A stretch of 64,000 nucleotides of DNA from Octopus vulgaris (taxonomy: Eukaryota), in assembly GCA_951406725.2 (NCBI GenBank), contig OX597817.1, positions 25,978,001 through 26,042,000 of the forward strand, given 5' to 3'. Of this stretch, positions 11,049 to 22,829 are shown piece by piece. The position numbers and the translations under genes are program-made. Numbering within the stretch: position 1 is the stretch's first letter; each line of letters opens with the position of its first letter. The notes under the pieces are model-generated. The model made no database searches. It had not been told where the DNA came from and was given only the letters and a program-made list of their open reading frames with translations.

Positions 11049-13243
11049 ATGTCCATCATTTCGAATCTTACGTGAAAACATATTTGGCCATGGGATATAT
11101 TATCTTACTTGGAAATAAGTAAAGATCAGAAAATCTGCCTCAAAAAATTCCATTCAATCCATGCAAGGTTGGCAAAGTGGATGTTAAATAATGATAATGA
11201 TGACGATGATGTTTTTTAACTCTAGGTCAGATCGCAAGCGACAGAGTTGTTTGAGTATCAAGACAAAAGGGAAATACATTGCAGTATTCTGGTTTCTTGC
11301 TTTTTAAGTTCAAATCCTACTGAGACCAACTTTACTTTTCATTTTTTCATTGCCAATATATAAATACTAGTCAGGGATGATGATCTGGTGGTACATCATG
11401 TCGTATTTCTTTTGGCTATTTGCCTCCTGAGCTGAATTGAAATCCAGCCTAAGCCTCCTTTGATAGTAGACTTAATCTTTTACCTAGTTTAACACAGCTA
11501 CTTGGTCTTTGGATACCTTTCGTGGAGTCCACCCTGTTGAAAGCTTCTGAGCCAGAATTCTGATTTCAGAAAACTTTTCTCTCTCTTTTCTTTCCACCTG
11601 TCTTGGAGGCCCTATGAATGGTCAAGGATACTGCCAGTCTTCCTGAAAAAATGATAAAGTGAAGGTCAGTCCTGGCAAATAAAGACTTACTGTTTAAATC
11701 GCCCCAGCTATAAACACCCCCCCTTCTCTTTAGGAATTACATGTCTAGTGCTATGTTATGCAATGCTTTTCCCATGTTTGAAGTGAGGGTGTAATTTAAA
11801 GGAGATATGGTTGATATTTCTAGCAGGTTAAACAACCATGGTGAGATTCCCTCATTGTCTCATTTGTAGTAGAAGTGTGTGATAGCATCACTGTCACAAA
11901 TGTCTGGCTGTGCTGAACAAATTACTGTCATTTAACTGCTCAACATCATCTGGTTATGGTTACATGATGTGTCGCCAGAAAACCAAATAAGTAGAGAAGC
12001 TTATCTTGACTGCAATGAATTGTAAATAAGCTATTTACAAGCAATAGATAGATAAATTACATATACCATTATTTCCTGATTAGTGAAGCTGTGTAATAAC
12101 TGATTAGTGGAAACTATCAACGTTTGCCTCTGAGAGTTGGTGTTAGAGACCTTGGTTCATAGAATTGCTACTGGAACTTACATAAATGATGTGCTGTATA
12201 ATATGATAAAATGAGAAGAAACAAGAAATTGACTACTGACGTAATCATCATCATCATCATCATCATCATTGTTTAACGTCCGCTTTCCATGCTAGCATGG
12301 GTTGGACGGGTAATGTAATTTAGAATTTTGTAGAGATGAGTGAATTATGCAGTTCAGGTTTTTAATGTTCATCGAATGCTCTGCTGAATCACCAGCATGT
12401 TTGGTTACTGAAACTTTTATCATAGGGTATATTTTGTAAGATGCATAGAGTATAACTAACATTCCATTCACCTTGTCTATCTTTTATTTCAAGAATACAT
12501 GCAAGCTTGACATTGAGAACAGGCAAAGATTGAGAAAATATTTCAAAGAATATCAAAACGTTTTAGTTACACATTATACAATAGGTAGGTAGTAGCAATA
12601 GAAAAAACTATTGAACAGTAGGAAGCTAATAACGTAGACTAGTGGGAAAATATAATTTGTTGATATATACTTGATATATACTTATATATTTTATGTTTAG
12701 ACATGTTTTTATGCTTTGTTACAAAAAATTCTTCACTTCTAGGATAAGTAGGACACTACTACAAATATGGACATAAGCCTACTTAGTTCATTTTCAAAAA
12801 CCACTTTTTGAACAATTCTTTGAAAAGCAAATTTTCATTTTTTTAATGAAAGTAAATTGAAGAATAAAACTTAGTAGAAATCCTCAGAAGAGTCAAATAT
12901 AGTAAATTTAAATATGTTTTAAGCATATAAAAATATGATTTTATATCGTGAATTAATCATACTTCAAATTGAAAGGATAGACGTATATAAAGTTCTGTGT
13001 TATTAATCATTGTTTTTCTTTAAACATTTTGTGTCATTCATGGAGGAAAAATAATACAGAAAAATGCTTGAAGTAAGAATAAAATCAAAGATGTATAAAA
13101 TTTTGATATATTACAAGCAAAAACGAAAAAAACATACAAATGATAATGCAATTGTTATATTCTACTGCTTGTATACGTTAGTAAATAATGATAAACAAAT
13201 GGAAGACAAGTGGTAAAGCATTGGACAATCATCATATTTTTAT

Positions 13244-13670
13244 AGGCGCAGGAGTGGCTGTGTGGTAAGTAGCTTACTAACCAACCACATGGTTCCGGGT
13301 TCAGTCCCACTGCGTGGCATCTTGGGCAAGTGTCTTCTGCTATAGCCCCGGGCCGACCAATGCCTTGTGAGTGGATTTGGTAGACGGAAACTGAAAGAAG
13401 CCTGTCATATATATGTATATATATATGTATATGTATGTATGTGTATGTGTTTGTGTGCGTGTGTTTGTTCCCCTAGCATTGCTTGACAACTGATGCTGGT
13501 GTGTTTACATCCCCATCACTTAGCAGTTCAGCAAAAGAGACCCATAGAATAAGTACTGGGCTTACAAAGAATAAGTCCCGGGGTCGATTTGCTCGACTAA
13601 AGGCGGTGCTCCAGCATGGCCGCTGTCAAATGACTGAAACATGTAAAAGAGTAAAAGAGTAAAGAGTAAA
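13244..13670 (+). mobile_element. SINE family A, full length
   Basis: All family A blocks present. Confidence 0.9.
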
Positions 13671-13839
13671 CATAAATATATGCGGTTTAATTTTATGCAT
13701 AATATATTGGTGATTCTTTTTTCTGTGTTGGATCAACTTCTTACCATTTATATTTGGTAATACTTTTGGTTATGTGTTTGATGGTTTCTTTAAATAAGTT
13801 ATTTCCTTTAAATATTTATTTTTATTTTTTTGAAAGTCA

Positions 13840-14251
13840 TACTCTTTACTCTCTCTTTTACTCTTTTACTTGTTTCAGTCATTTGACTGTGGCCACGCTG
13901 GAGCACCACCTTTAGTCGAGCAAATCGACCCCAGGACTTATTCTTTTGTAAGCCCAGTACTTATTCTATCAGTCTCTTTTGCCGAACCGCTAAGTAATGG
14001 GGACATTACCACACCAGCTTCGGTTGTCAAGCAATGCTAGGGGGACAAACACAGACACACAAACACACACACATATATATATGTATACGACAGACTTCTT
14101 TCAGTTTCTGTCTACCAAATCCACTCACAAGGCTTTGGTCGGCCTGAGGCTATAGTAGAAGACACTTGCCCAAGGTGCCACGCAGTGGGACTGAACCTGG
14201 AACCATGTGGTTGGTAAACAAGTTACTTACCACACAGCCACTCCAGCACCT
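13840..14251 (-). mobile_element. SINE family A, full length
   Basis: All family A blocks present, inverted relative to the 13244 copy. Confidence 0.9.
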
Positions 14252-14532
14252 ATAGTTATAAAATTGATATTACAACTCCAATCTTGTCAATTAAATTAAT
14301 GATTATGAATGTTTGAAAGGAAATTGTTTAAAAGATTTCTAAGTTTTGATCTGAAATCCATGTTCTGAGTTCTAATGTACCTGATGTCAGCTGTGCCTTT
14401 CATCTTTACAGGACCAATATAATAATGTACTGGTCAGTACTTTGGTTGACATAACTAAAAAAAAACCCACCCCACCCAGCTTAATTTGCTAGCCTGGTAC
14501 CAACACTTGAAACTAATAACATCATCATCATC

Positions 14533-15000
14533 AGTTTTTCTCTGTTTGGTGGCTATGGCGAAAGACATTGTGTTGTGGATGAGATTGAAAGGGTTGAAGA
14601 CAGGTACCTTCCTCTTCTGCCAAGGCCACATTGATTTTTCCAGGTTCCACCTGAGGAGGAAAGTGAAGCTGGAGAGGGAGGTGCAGTCACCCATTAAGTT
14701 TGTTGAAAGGTGGGTGAATGGGGCAAGAATAGCTCGTGTGAATGGGCCTACTCTAAGTGTGTACTTTTAGGCTGGATGGAATGAGGAGGAGAAGGGTGCC
14801 TACCTGAGATTCCTTTGGCATTAAGGGGTCCAAAGTGTGTGAGCTTCCTTTGGTCACCTCTCAGTGGCACTCACCACTATTGGGGAAGTACATTGTTGGC
14901 TTAATTTCCTTGTTAATTGTGTTTTGTTTGCTGCTTGCTGCCCCTCATCTTTGTATCATCGTTTATGTTTTGTGTTCGGCCCGGTGGTCAATAAAGAAAG
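14533..15000 (+). mobile_element. L1/Tx1-like LINE 3' end (ORF2 C-terminus and 3' UTR)
   Basis: VFLCLVAMAKDIVLWMRLKG..FHLRRKVKLERE..KFVERW resembles Tx1 ORF2 C-termini; AATAAA just before the (TTA)n array. Confidence 0.6.
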
Positions 15001-15125
15001 TATTATTATTATTATCATTATTATTATTATTATTATTGTTATTATTATTACTTTATCATCATCATCATCATCATCATTATTATTATTATCAGTATTATTA
15101 TTATTACTATTATTATTATTATTAC

Positions 15126-15167
<42 letters not shown>

Positions 15168-15183
15168 TATTATTATTATTATT
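15000..15183. repeat. (TTA)n/(TCA)n microsatellite array
   Basis: Directly visible. Confidence 0.95.
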
Positions 15184-15737
15184 GAGTGAGAGAGCAGTTC
15201 ATGCCATCAAAGTGACACTGGGGTAAAATATACGAAGCCCAATATACCCATCATGACTACCCGTCTGATAAAGGTACACCAGGCACATGCATCACAACCA
15301 TATGTGCGCGACATGGTGATCTCATATCAAGATAAACAGCACATGACCTTGCAGGTGGGGCCCAGTTAGAATTTTCTTCATTTTGAGTAGCCCATCCTGC
15401 TCAAACGGTCCCTGAATAAGGGTTGTTTAAGGATGTTGAAAGAACCACCCATGTTTCCAGAGGTGAACTATTCAAACCCCAAAGAATCCCTCTCAACACA
15501 TGGCTATGATGCTCCCCCACTACTTCTGCTCGGGATCAGAGATGCACATATCGTCAGCCACTAAGGGACATGCTCAACTGGTTAAGGTCAAACAACTGAC
15601 AAGCAAATCTGTGGTATTGAGCAGAATATTTGCTGTAGCCCATCTTTTATACCAAGACAAAACAATGTACATGATAACACTTCCAATCAGTTAAGATCAG
15701 AAGCCATGAGAGCCACTGCCTGGTACTGCATCAGGGC

Positions 15738-15741
<4 letters not shown>
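15184..15741 (-). mobile_element. 558-bp non-coding element embedded in (TAA)n (copy 1; strand given relative to copy 2)
   Basis: Near-identical reverse complement of 33609-34166 with the same termini; (TTA)n on both sides. Confidence 0.85.
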
Positions 15742-15771
<30 letters not shown>

Positions 15772-16100
15772 TTAATTATTACTGCCTATGTGTTTTATTT
15801 ACTTATTTTATGGTGAAATCCATAGTAATAAGGGTTGTTGGTTATGGATGTAGATGCAAGCCTTAATCCCTTCTTAGACAAATTATTTCCCAGGATGTGT
15901 TTTATTCTTTTTCATTTTCATAAGTTTCAGCCCTAATGCTGTGGCCATACTGGGGCACCACCAATGAAAATTTATTTTCTCATGCTAGGAGAATTTTTTT
16001 ATTTTTGTAATTAAACCGAATGGTTTGTTTATTTCTGTAAACATTCTACTATTCAATGTTTCATGACTTTTTATAAATATATGATAAACAATAGCGGTGA

Positions 16101-16168
16101 AATGGCGGTGCCCCAGCATGGCCACAGCTCATGAGCTGAAACTGGAATCAATCAATCAATCAATCAAT
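16101..16168 (+). mobile_element. Extreme 3' end of a CR1-group LINE with (AATC)n tail
   Basis: GGCGGTGCCCCAGCATGGCCACAGCTCATGAGCTGAAAC matches the 3' UTR of the LINE at 51167-51205. Confidence 0.65.
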
Positions 16169-16607
16169 AGACAGATTAAGCAATAACAAATCTCCAAACG
16201 AGATGTAAACAGTAACCGCTCAACAACGTAAAGTACACTAGCCATCTCAATGTGGCTAGCCACTAACGGTGGGTGTTACTGAAGCTTTTAGCCCCAGGAG
16301 ATCATTGTCTCCAGCTGGCTTTAGACACATTTTCTGTGCTCTTATAGACAGATTGTTTTAGATAAATATGAGATATATATATAGATATATATATATATAT
16401 ATCATATATATATCTAAAACACATATAATTACAAAAAAAAGCTACAGAAAAGTTTTAAAAAAATACAAAAAGATAAACATAATTTATTTGCTAGAAAAAG
16501 ACATTTATATGACATGATAATCTTGGAAACATATTGCTACACATTGGGGAACACTACAAATCGAGCATATGTGTCATGATTCTTTATGAATTTTTCTACC
16601 ATTTTCT

Positions 16608-17017
16608 TTCTTTCTTTTACTTGTTTCAGTCATTTGACTGCGGCCATGCTGGAGCACCGCCTTTAATCGAGCAACTCGACCCCGGAACTTATTCTTTTGT
16701 AAGCCCAGTACTTATTCTATCGGTCTCTTTTGCCGAACCGCTAAGTGACGGGGACGTAAACACACCAGCATCGATTGTCAAGCAATGCTAGTGGGACAAA
16801 CACACACACACATACACACACACGCATATATATATATATATATATACATATATACGACGGGCTTCTTTCAGTTTCCATCTACCAAATCCACTCACAAGGC
16901 TTTGGTCGGCCCGGAGCTATAGTAGAAGACACTTGCCCAAGGTGCGACACAGTGGGACTGAACCCGGAACTATGTGGCTGGTAAGCAAGCTACTTACCAC
17001 ACAGCCACTCCTGCGCC
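16608..17017 (-). mobile_element. SINE family A, full length
   Basis: All family A blocks present. Confidence 0.9.
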
Positions 17018-17315
17018 TGTCTTGTTTTATTGCAGAACCTTATGCATTTTCTTGTTGGATATTTCTCCTCAGTAATGAGAATGGCTACAAGATACCCAGA
17101 TGCAAACCTAGTAAAATTAAGGGATGTTGAGTGTCTTCCAGCATTTGGATGTGGAATATGTGGAGGGTACTAGGTAATTGCTTACTTAATCAATTAGGTC
17201 AATAATGCAAACAGATTCTGCATTCCTGATGTCTTTGTCTTCTTGGCATTATCATTAGCTGGCAGAGATATTTTATAAAGGATGCATGAATTCTATTGTG
17301 CATACTTCATCATAT

Positions 17316-17724
17316 AGGCGCAGGAGTGGCTTTGTGGTAAGTAGTTTGCTTACCAACCACATGGCTCTGGGTTCAGTCCCACTGCATGGCACCGTGGGCA
17401 GGTGTCTTTTACTATAGCCTCGGGCCAACCAAAGCCTTGTGAGTGGATTTGGTAGACGGAAACTGAAAGAAGCCTGTAGTATGTGTATATATGTGTGTAT
17501 ATGTGTATGTGTGTGTGTATGTGTGTGTATGTTTGTCCCCCCAGCATTGCTTGACGACCAATGCTGGTGTGTTTACATCCCTGTAACTTAGTGGTTTGGC
17601 AAAAGAGACCGATAGAATAAGTACTAGGCTTACAAAGAGTAAGTCCTGGGGTTGATTTGCTCGACTAAAGGTGGTGCTTCAGCATGGTCGCAGTCAAATG
17701 ACTGAAACAAGTAAAAGAAAAAAG
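17316..17724 (+). mobile_element. SINE family A, full length
   Basis: All family A blocks present. Confidence 0.9.
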
Positions 17725-18499
17725 CATATGATAGGTCATATAGAACTTTCTTCTCCTTTTCTAGGTATTGGGTTGGGTAATCACCAAGATGCTGATTGAC
17801 CTTTTTATTGTGAGTTGTAGTTGTAAATAGCCTCTGATATCTTTCACAAGTATAAAAGAAACCTCTAGTGAAATATTAAAAGAACATTAGATAAACCCCT
17901 AATGATATTCAAGGATAGACTCAGTGAAGATCAGTTGCTACAAACTCAATCACAGTCCAACTTCCTGCCATAAAGTGATGACAAAACTAATAGAAATTAA
18001 GTTAAGATGGTGCACCAGTATGACCACAGTCTTTTGATTGAAACCATTTAAAGAGTAAAAGAGAGTGAACTGTAGACACTTTTTTAAACTTTCCATTTTA
18101 GGACCCAAACTTTTCCTATCTAAGAGCCACAATTTTCATCCCTTTTCAGCTTTTCTTTTGTCTGTCTTTCTTTTCTGTTTTGGTTAATATCGTCATACAC
18201 ATCAGTATAATTCTGGATAAGTATATCAGTTAGTCGTAGACTAGTGTAAAATTATCACTATTGAGATAGTAGACTTGTGGCAGCAAAGATTTAATGTGTG
18301 TCATAATTACTGGAAAGTATATTGGAAAGTCACAAAATTTCTCTAGGTTTGTCTATTTTCCTACATATATAACAACTTCCAAAGCACACCTTGATTCAGA
18401 TTCATGGAACATGAAATCAATTGCAGCATGGAAGGTGTTTATAAGCCATTTAAGAAACACACGAAAACTGTTAGATTCACTTCAACATTTAAATTTAAT

Positions 18500-18548
18500 T
18501 TGTCAAAATATTTTCGTCACTTTGAGACTGAGACCTGTTCACTGACAA
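18500..18548 (-). ncRNA. Hammerhead-like motif, G3:C8 core variant
   Basis: Minus strand ttgtca GTGAACA g GTCtC-agtctcaaa-GTGAC GAAA atat t t tgacaa. Confidence 0.55.
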
Positions 18549-18569
18549 AATTCCATGCTGCACAGAATT

Positions 18570-18618
18570 TTGTCAGTGAACAGGTCGCAGTCTCAAAATG
18601 ATGAAAATATTTTGACAA
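18570..18618 (+). ncRNA. Hammerhead-like motif, G3:C8 core variant
   Basis: ttgtca GTGAACA g GTCGC-agtctcaaa-ATGAT GAAA atat t t tgacaa; 6-bp helix I, palindromic helix III, weakened helix II. Confidence 0.5.
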
Positions 18619-20254
18619 ATTAAATTTAAATGTTGAAGTGAATCTAACAGTTTTTGTGTGTTTCTTAAATGGCTTATAAACACCTTCTGCGCTGTAATTG
18701 ATTTCGTTCCAGCACATGATCTCAAAACAGATCACTTGCTATGCAAGTACATCTCCGGAACATGAAATATTTTACCCCAAATTTACTGCGTTTGAGAGGA
18801 ATCTATTAAACACACCAATCTTATCATTATACAATATAAGGCTTTTGTTAACACTAACATTCCTTTTTTGAAGTCTATGGACTGTGGAAATTTTGCTAGC
18901 AAATGAGAGTATTTCATATATGATATTTAGTTTGGCATGGAGATGGGGAATGAATATACTGCTTAATTTTTCTATACTCGTTGTGTGACATCGTTTTTCT
19001 AAAACCAAAGTAACTGAAACATAGTATACTTTGACCAATGGATATCTTCTTCCTTCTGATAAACTGACTAGGCTTTAAAGCATTTTCAGTGGAAAAATAA
19101 AAATAAAAATACAATTCAGCAGGTGTGACAGGTGTCTAATTACATGCTGGATTTTGTCCAGCAAATCTGTCTATTTACCTGCAAACTGAATCAATCAAAG
19201 TTTTATGAAACACCCATGATAAGAATTCAAGGAGAGCCATTGCAATGATGTTGCCATCAATCTTTATTCTTGGTGTTGCTGTGCATGGAAACCTTGGAAG
19301 AAGATGAGAGTTGTCTTCAGCAGATAAGTTAATATGACTCTGTTGCTTACTGCTATTGGAATTCTCCATATCAGTGTCACATCAGCAGAGAAGGCATTGC
19401 TCACTGAAGATATGTCATCATTAGAGTTTTCTACCATGGCAAAAGATATTTCATTCACTGGATACTTATCTTTGTTATTTTGTCAAACAAAACAACGAAC
19501 AACAAATCCAGAGAACGAGTTATATAATCGTGTCTGCTCTCCCTTCAAGGGCTGAGTAGAAACTGATTAGGAGCTCCATCCGTGCCCATCACTCTTGGCT
19601 ACCAAATATACAAGGTTCATGAAAGAAACAACTCATTTATGTGTCAGAGTGAGCCAGCAAGGTTGAAAAACCAAATGATATCACATTATCTCTCCATTTT
19701 TGTAACATATATACTTTTACAAGATATCATACCTTTCCCCACCAAAATTCGACTACCTTAAAATAACCATCGGAAAAGTTTAAGGTGAATACTTCATTGC
19801 TGTATCTTTATAAGGGAAGATTCTGAAGTACTAAACGAAAGTGGCCTAGTTTGTATCCCTATGAACAAATCCAATCATCGGAGCAGTGAGTGCAAGGGAA
19901 GTATGTGTAAAGAAATAAATAAACTAAAGAATGAAAAATAAATATAAAATAAAATAAAAGATGTTCACATTATGTATCCACTTCCATCTGATGCACCAAC
20001 TGACTTCATTTAGGGTTGATAATAACAGTGAATTTTTTTTTTTTTTTAATGTAGGATATGAATAATTGGTTAAATAAGTATATAAATAAGAAAATTATGA
20101 AATGAAATAGAAACAAATTAACACTTTATACAATAACCTGAAATGTTAACATCGTCATCACCATTGTCATCATCAGCATCATTATCATTTCATATAGCTT
20201 AGTAATTTTATGTAACGTTTATATTGTTAATGGTCTTTGATAATAACAACAGCA

Positions 20255-20273
20255 ACTATCATCATCATCATAG

Positions 20274-20319
<46 letters not shown>

Positions 20320-20375
20320 TATCGTCATCGTTGTCATCATCATCGTCATCATTATCAACACCATCATTTTCATTA
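20255..20375. repeat. (CAT)n microsatellite
   Basis: Directly visible. Confidence 0.9.
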
Positions 20376-20640
20376 TACTATCGTTATAACAAACATTATT
20401 ATTATTGCTGTTGTCATCTTCATTCTCATCCTCTTCCTAATCATTAGTACTTAGTCATCCCCAAAATATGTACTCAATGACTGAGATCAATTATATTTGA
20501 AAACAAAAAAAAAAGAGAAACATATAGAAGATCAAAAAAAGGATTGATAAAAAAGAATAAAAACAACTACAAGACTAAACTTGATACAAAACATATTAAA
20601 TAAAAAAGCAAATAGGTTAATTGATAAGGGGCAGATCCGT

Positions 20641-20732
20641 TCAAAACATTGTCACAGTTTTGTCTGCAATGGCTGTATTATGCTTAAAAAGGCCAGAAAG
20701 ATCTTTGTGTAGCGGAGCTCTAGTGAGAGAAG
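20641..20732 (-). CDS. Candidate terminal coding exon of an unidentified gene
   Basis: Acceptor TTTCTTTTGCTAAACACAG, then phase-1 frame xSLTRAPLHKDLSGLFKHNTAIADKTVTMF*; unique sequence; no homology recognised. Confidence 0.25.
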
Positions 20733-20914
20733 CTGTGTTTAGCAAAAGAAATTTTAATTTATCTTTTTGCTTTTGCTTCGTCCTATATATAATCCAGTTC
20801 ATGATTATATTCAAAAAGATAAAAGAGACTTATTTTTAAGAATTTCAAATAGTTTTCATTCATAGATAACAACCAAGAAATCTCACTTAATTACGGTATC
20901 CATCCTATATTTAC

Positions 20915-20975
20915 CTCCATCACAATTATCATAGCTATCACAGCTATCCGACAATGTTGCTTTTTCTTCAAACAG
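20915..20975 (-). CDS. Candidate internal exon, phase-compatible with 20641-20732
   Basis: TTACTCACTTTCAG | LFEEKATLSDSCDSYDNCDG | GTAAAT; the acceptor pyrimidine tract is short. Confidence 0.2.
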
Positions 20976-21085
20976 CTGAAAGTGAGTAACCCTCCTTTAT
21001 GCTGCACCAGGAATCTAATGCTGCATTAGCTTTGTTAATTCTTTGATTTCATGTTGAGTTTCTCTGCCAATAACATTCTTGCATT

Positions 21086-21444
21086 TCAATGATCTTGGTC
21101 ATTGCCAGCGCCACCTCGACTGGCTTCTGTGCCGGTGGCACACAAAAAAGCACCATCCGAACATGGCCGATGCCAGCGCCGTCTTGGCTGGCTTCCATGC
21201 CGGCGGCACGTTAAAAGCACCAACTGATCATGGCCGATGTCGGACTCCCATGGCACCTGTGCAGGTGGCACGTAAAAAGCACCCACTACACTCGCGGAGT
21301 GGTTGGCGTTAGGAAGGGCATCCAGCTGTAGAAACTCTGCCAGATCAGACTGGAGCCTGGTGCAGCCCCTGGCTTCCCAGACCCCAGTCAAACCGTCCAA
21401 CCCGTGCTAGTGCGGAAAACGGACATTTAACGATGATGATGATG
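21086..21444 (+). mobile_element. RTE LINE 3'-end copy (family B)
   Basis: Three repeat units, conserved block, (GAT)n tail. Confidence 0.85.
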
Positions 21445-21771
21445 TTCATCTTTGAGGATGTGCAAGTCTTCATAATATAGTATCTGATATGGGCTGGTGT
21501 TCAACTCAAGAGCAGTGACCAGATAAGATGAATAACAATGTTTCTACATCTATATAATGTTAGATAAAGGAGTGAAACACACATAAAAGAGATAAATCAT
21601 ATTGTTAAAAATATGGAAATATAAAATTAAGTACACTACAAAATAGTAATAATTGAAAGCTGCATTATTCATGTCTTTTCATACAGTATCCAGAGTTGGA
21701 TTCAGGAAAGTGAACTCCACAGATTGAATTCACAGTCTCAGCTTACTTGGAGGTCATATCTTGCACAACAG

Positions 21772-21856
21772 TACTTACTTAAGCCCTTCGTTCCCTATGG
21801 AGCATAAGTCGTTGACAACTTTTCTCCACTATTCTTGATTCTGAGCTGTCTTTTCC
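21772..21856 (-). mobile_element. RTE LINE extreme 3' end, second family
   Basis: EKTAQNQE*WRKVVNDLCSIGNEGLK* followed by a short (TAAG)n tail. Confidence 0.55.
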
Positions 21857-21954
21857 TTGAATTGTTAACAAAAAGTTTCCTTTTTCTGTCATTTGGCCTC
21901 TTTATTTTTAATTCCATATGGGAGGTATAGTTATTAACATAATATATATATATA

Positions 21955-22085
21955 CCATAATATATATCTGGAAGATCCTAGAAGGACTTGTCCCAAACTT
22001 TGGCATCGAGAGTTACACAAATGCTAGAACTGGGCGCCACTGCATGGTGCCAAGAACTCCAAATTTGCCATCAAGATGTAGGACA
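21955..22085 (+). mobile_element. CR1-group LINE ORF2 fragment
   Basis: IIYIWKILEGLVPNFGIESYTNARTGRHCMVP, homologous to 50790-50920. Confidence 0.75.
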
Positions 22086-22483
22086 ATTATTGTAGAAGAT
22101 TATTGTAGGAAAATTATTGTAGAAGATTTTCTATGGTTGGATGCACTTCCTGTTGCCAACCCAAATCTATTTCCAAGCAGGGTATTTTTATTCCTAATCC
22201 TTCAAATTCAAACTGCACAATGTCTGAGGATGTTTCTATGTAAAACTGCAAAGAAAAAATGAATGACATTACTTGTACGACAATAATGTTTGTTCCCAGG
22301 ATGATGTCAAGACAAGGTGATATAAACACCATCTCAAACACACACACACATGCATGCAGTGAGCTTCTTTCAGTTTCGTCTACTAAATCCACACTCAAGT
22401 CTTACATTATTGAAAAACCAGGTATACACCCCACCTGGATCAATTATTTACTTCAGTATATATATATTATTGTTTTCCATCCC

Positions 22484-22829
22484 ATCATCATCATTGTTTA
22501 ACGTCCGTTTTCCATGCTAGCATGGGTTGGACGGTTCGACCGGGGTCTGGGAAGCCAGGAGGCTGCGCCAGGCTCCAGTCTGATCTGGCAGTGTTTCTAC
22601 AGCTGTATTATTTACTTCAGTATATATATTATTGTTTTCCATCCCATCATCATCATCGTTTAACGTCCGTTTTCCATGCTAGCATGGGTTGGACGGTTCG
22701 ACCGGGGTCTGGGAAGCCAGGAGGCTGCACCAGGCTCCAGTCTGATCTGGCAGTGTTTCTATAGCTGGATGCCCTTCCTAACGCCAACCACCCTGTGAGT
22801 GTAGTGGGTGCTTTTTTTTACATGCCACC
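22484..22829 (-). mobile_element. RTE LINE 3'-end copy (family B) with a locally duplicated end
   Basis: Family B tail block present twice (22484-22605 and 22645-22829). Confidence 0.85.

Larger units (their letters stand above)
18418..18756. mobile_element. Foldback retro-insertion (Penelope-like inverted structure) with 12-bp TSD
   Basis: ~145-bp arms around 18559; right arm extended; direct repeat GGAACATGAAAT at 18406-18417 and 18757-18768. Confidence 0.75.

Noticed and set aside
13244-13320. tRNA-like A/B box sequences at SINE heads
   Set aside because: They are SINE 5' domains with no complete cloverleaf and are followed by SINE bodies.
18404-18735. Two similar ORFs on opposite strands
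   Set aside because: A consequence of the foldback symmetry.
19175-19555. Cluster of short ORFs, one with a signal-peptide-like N-terminus
   Set aside because: No splice or homology support; it looks more like a heavily decayed LINE fragment.
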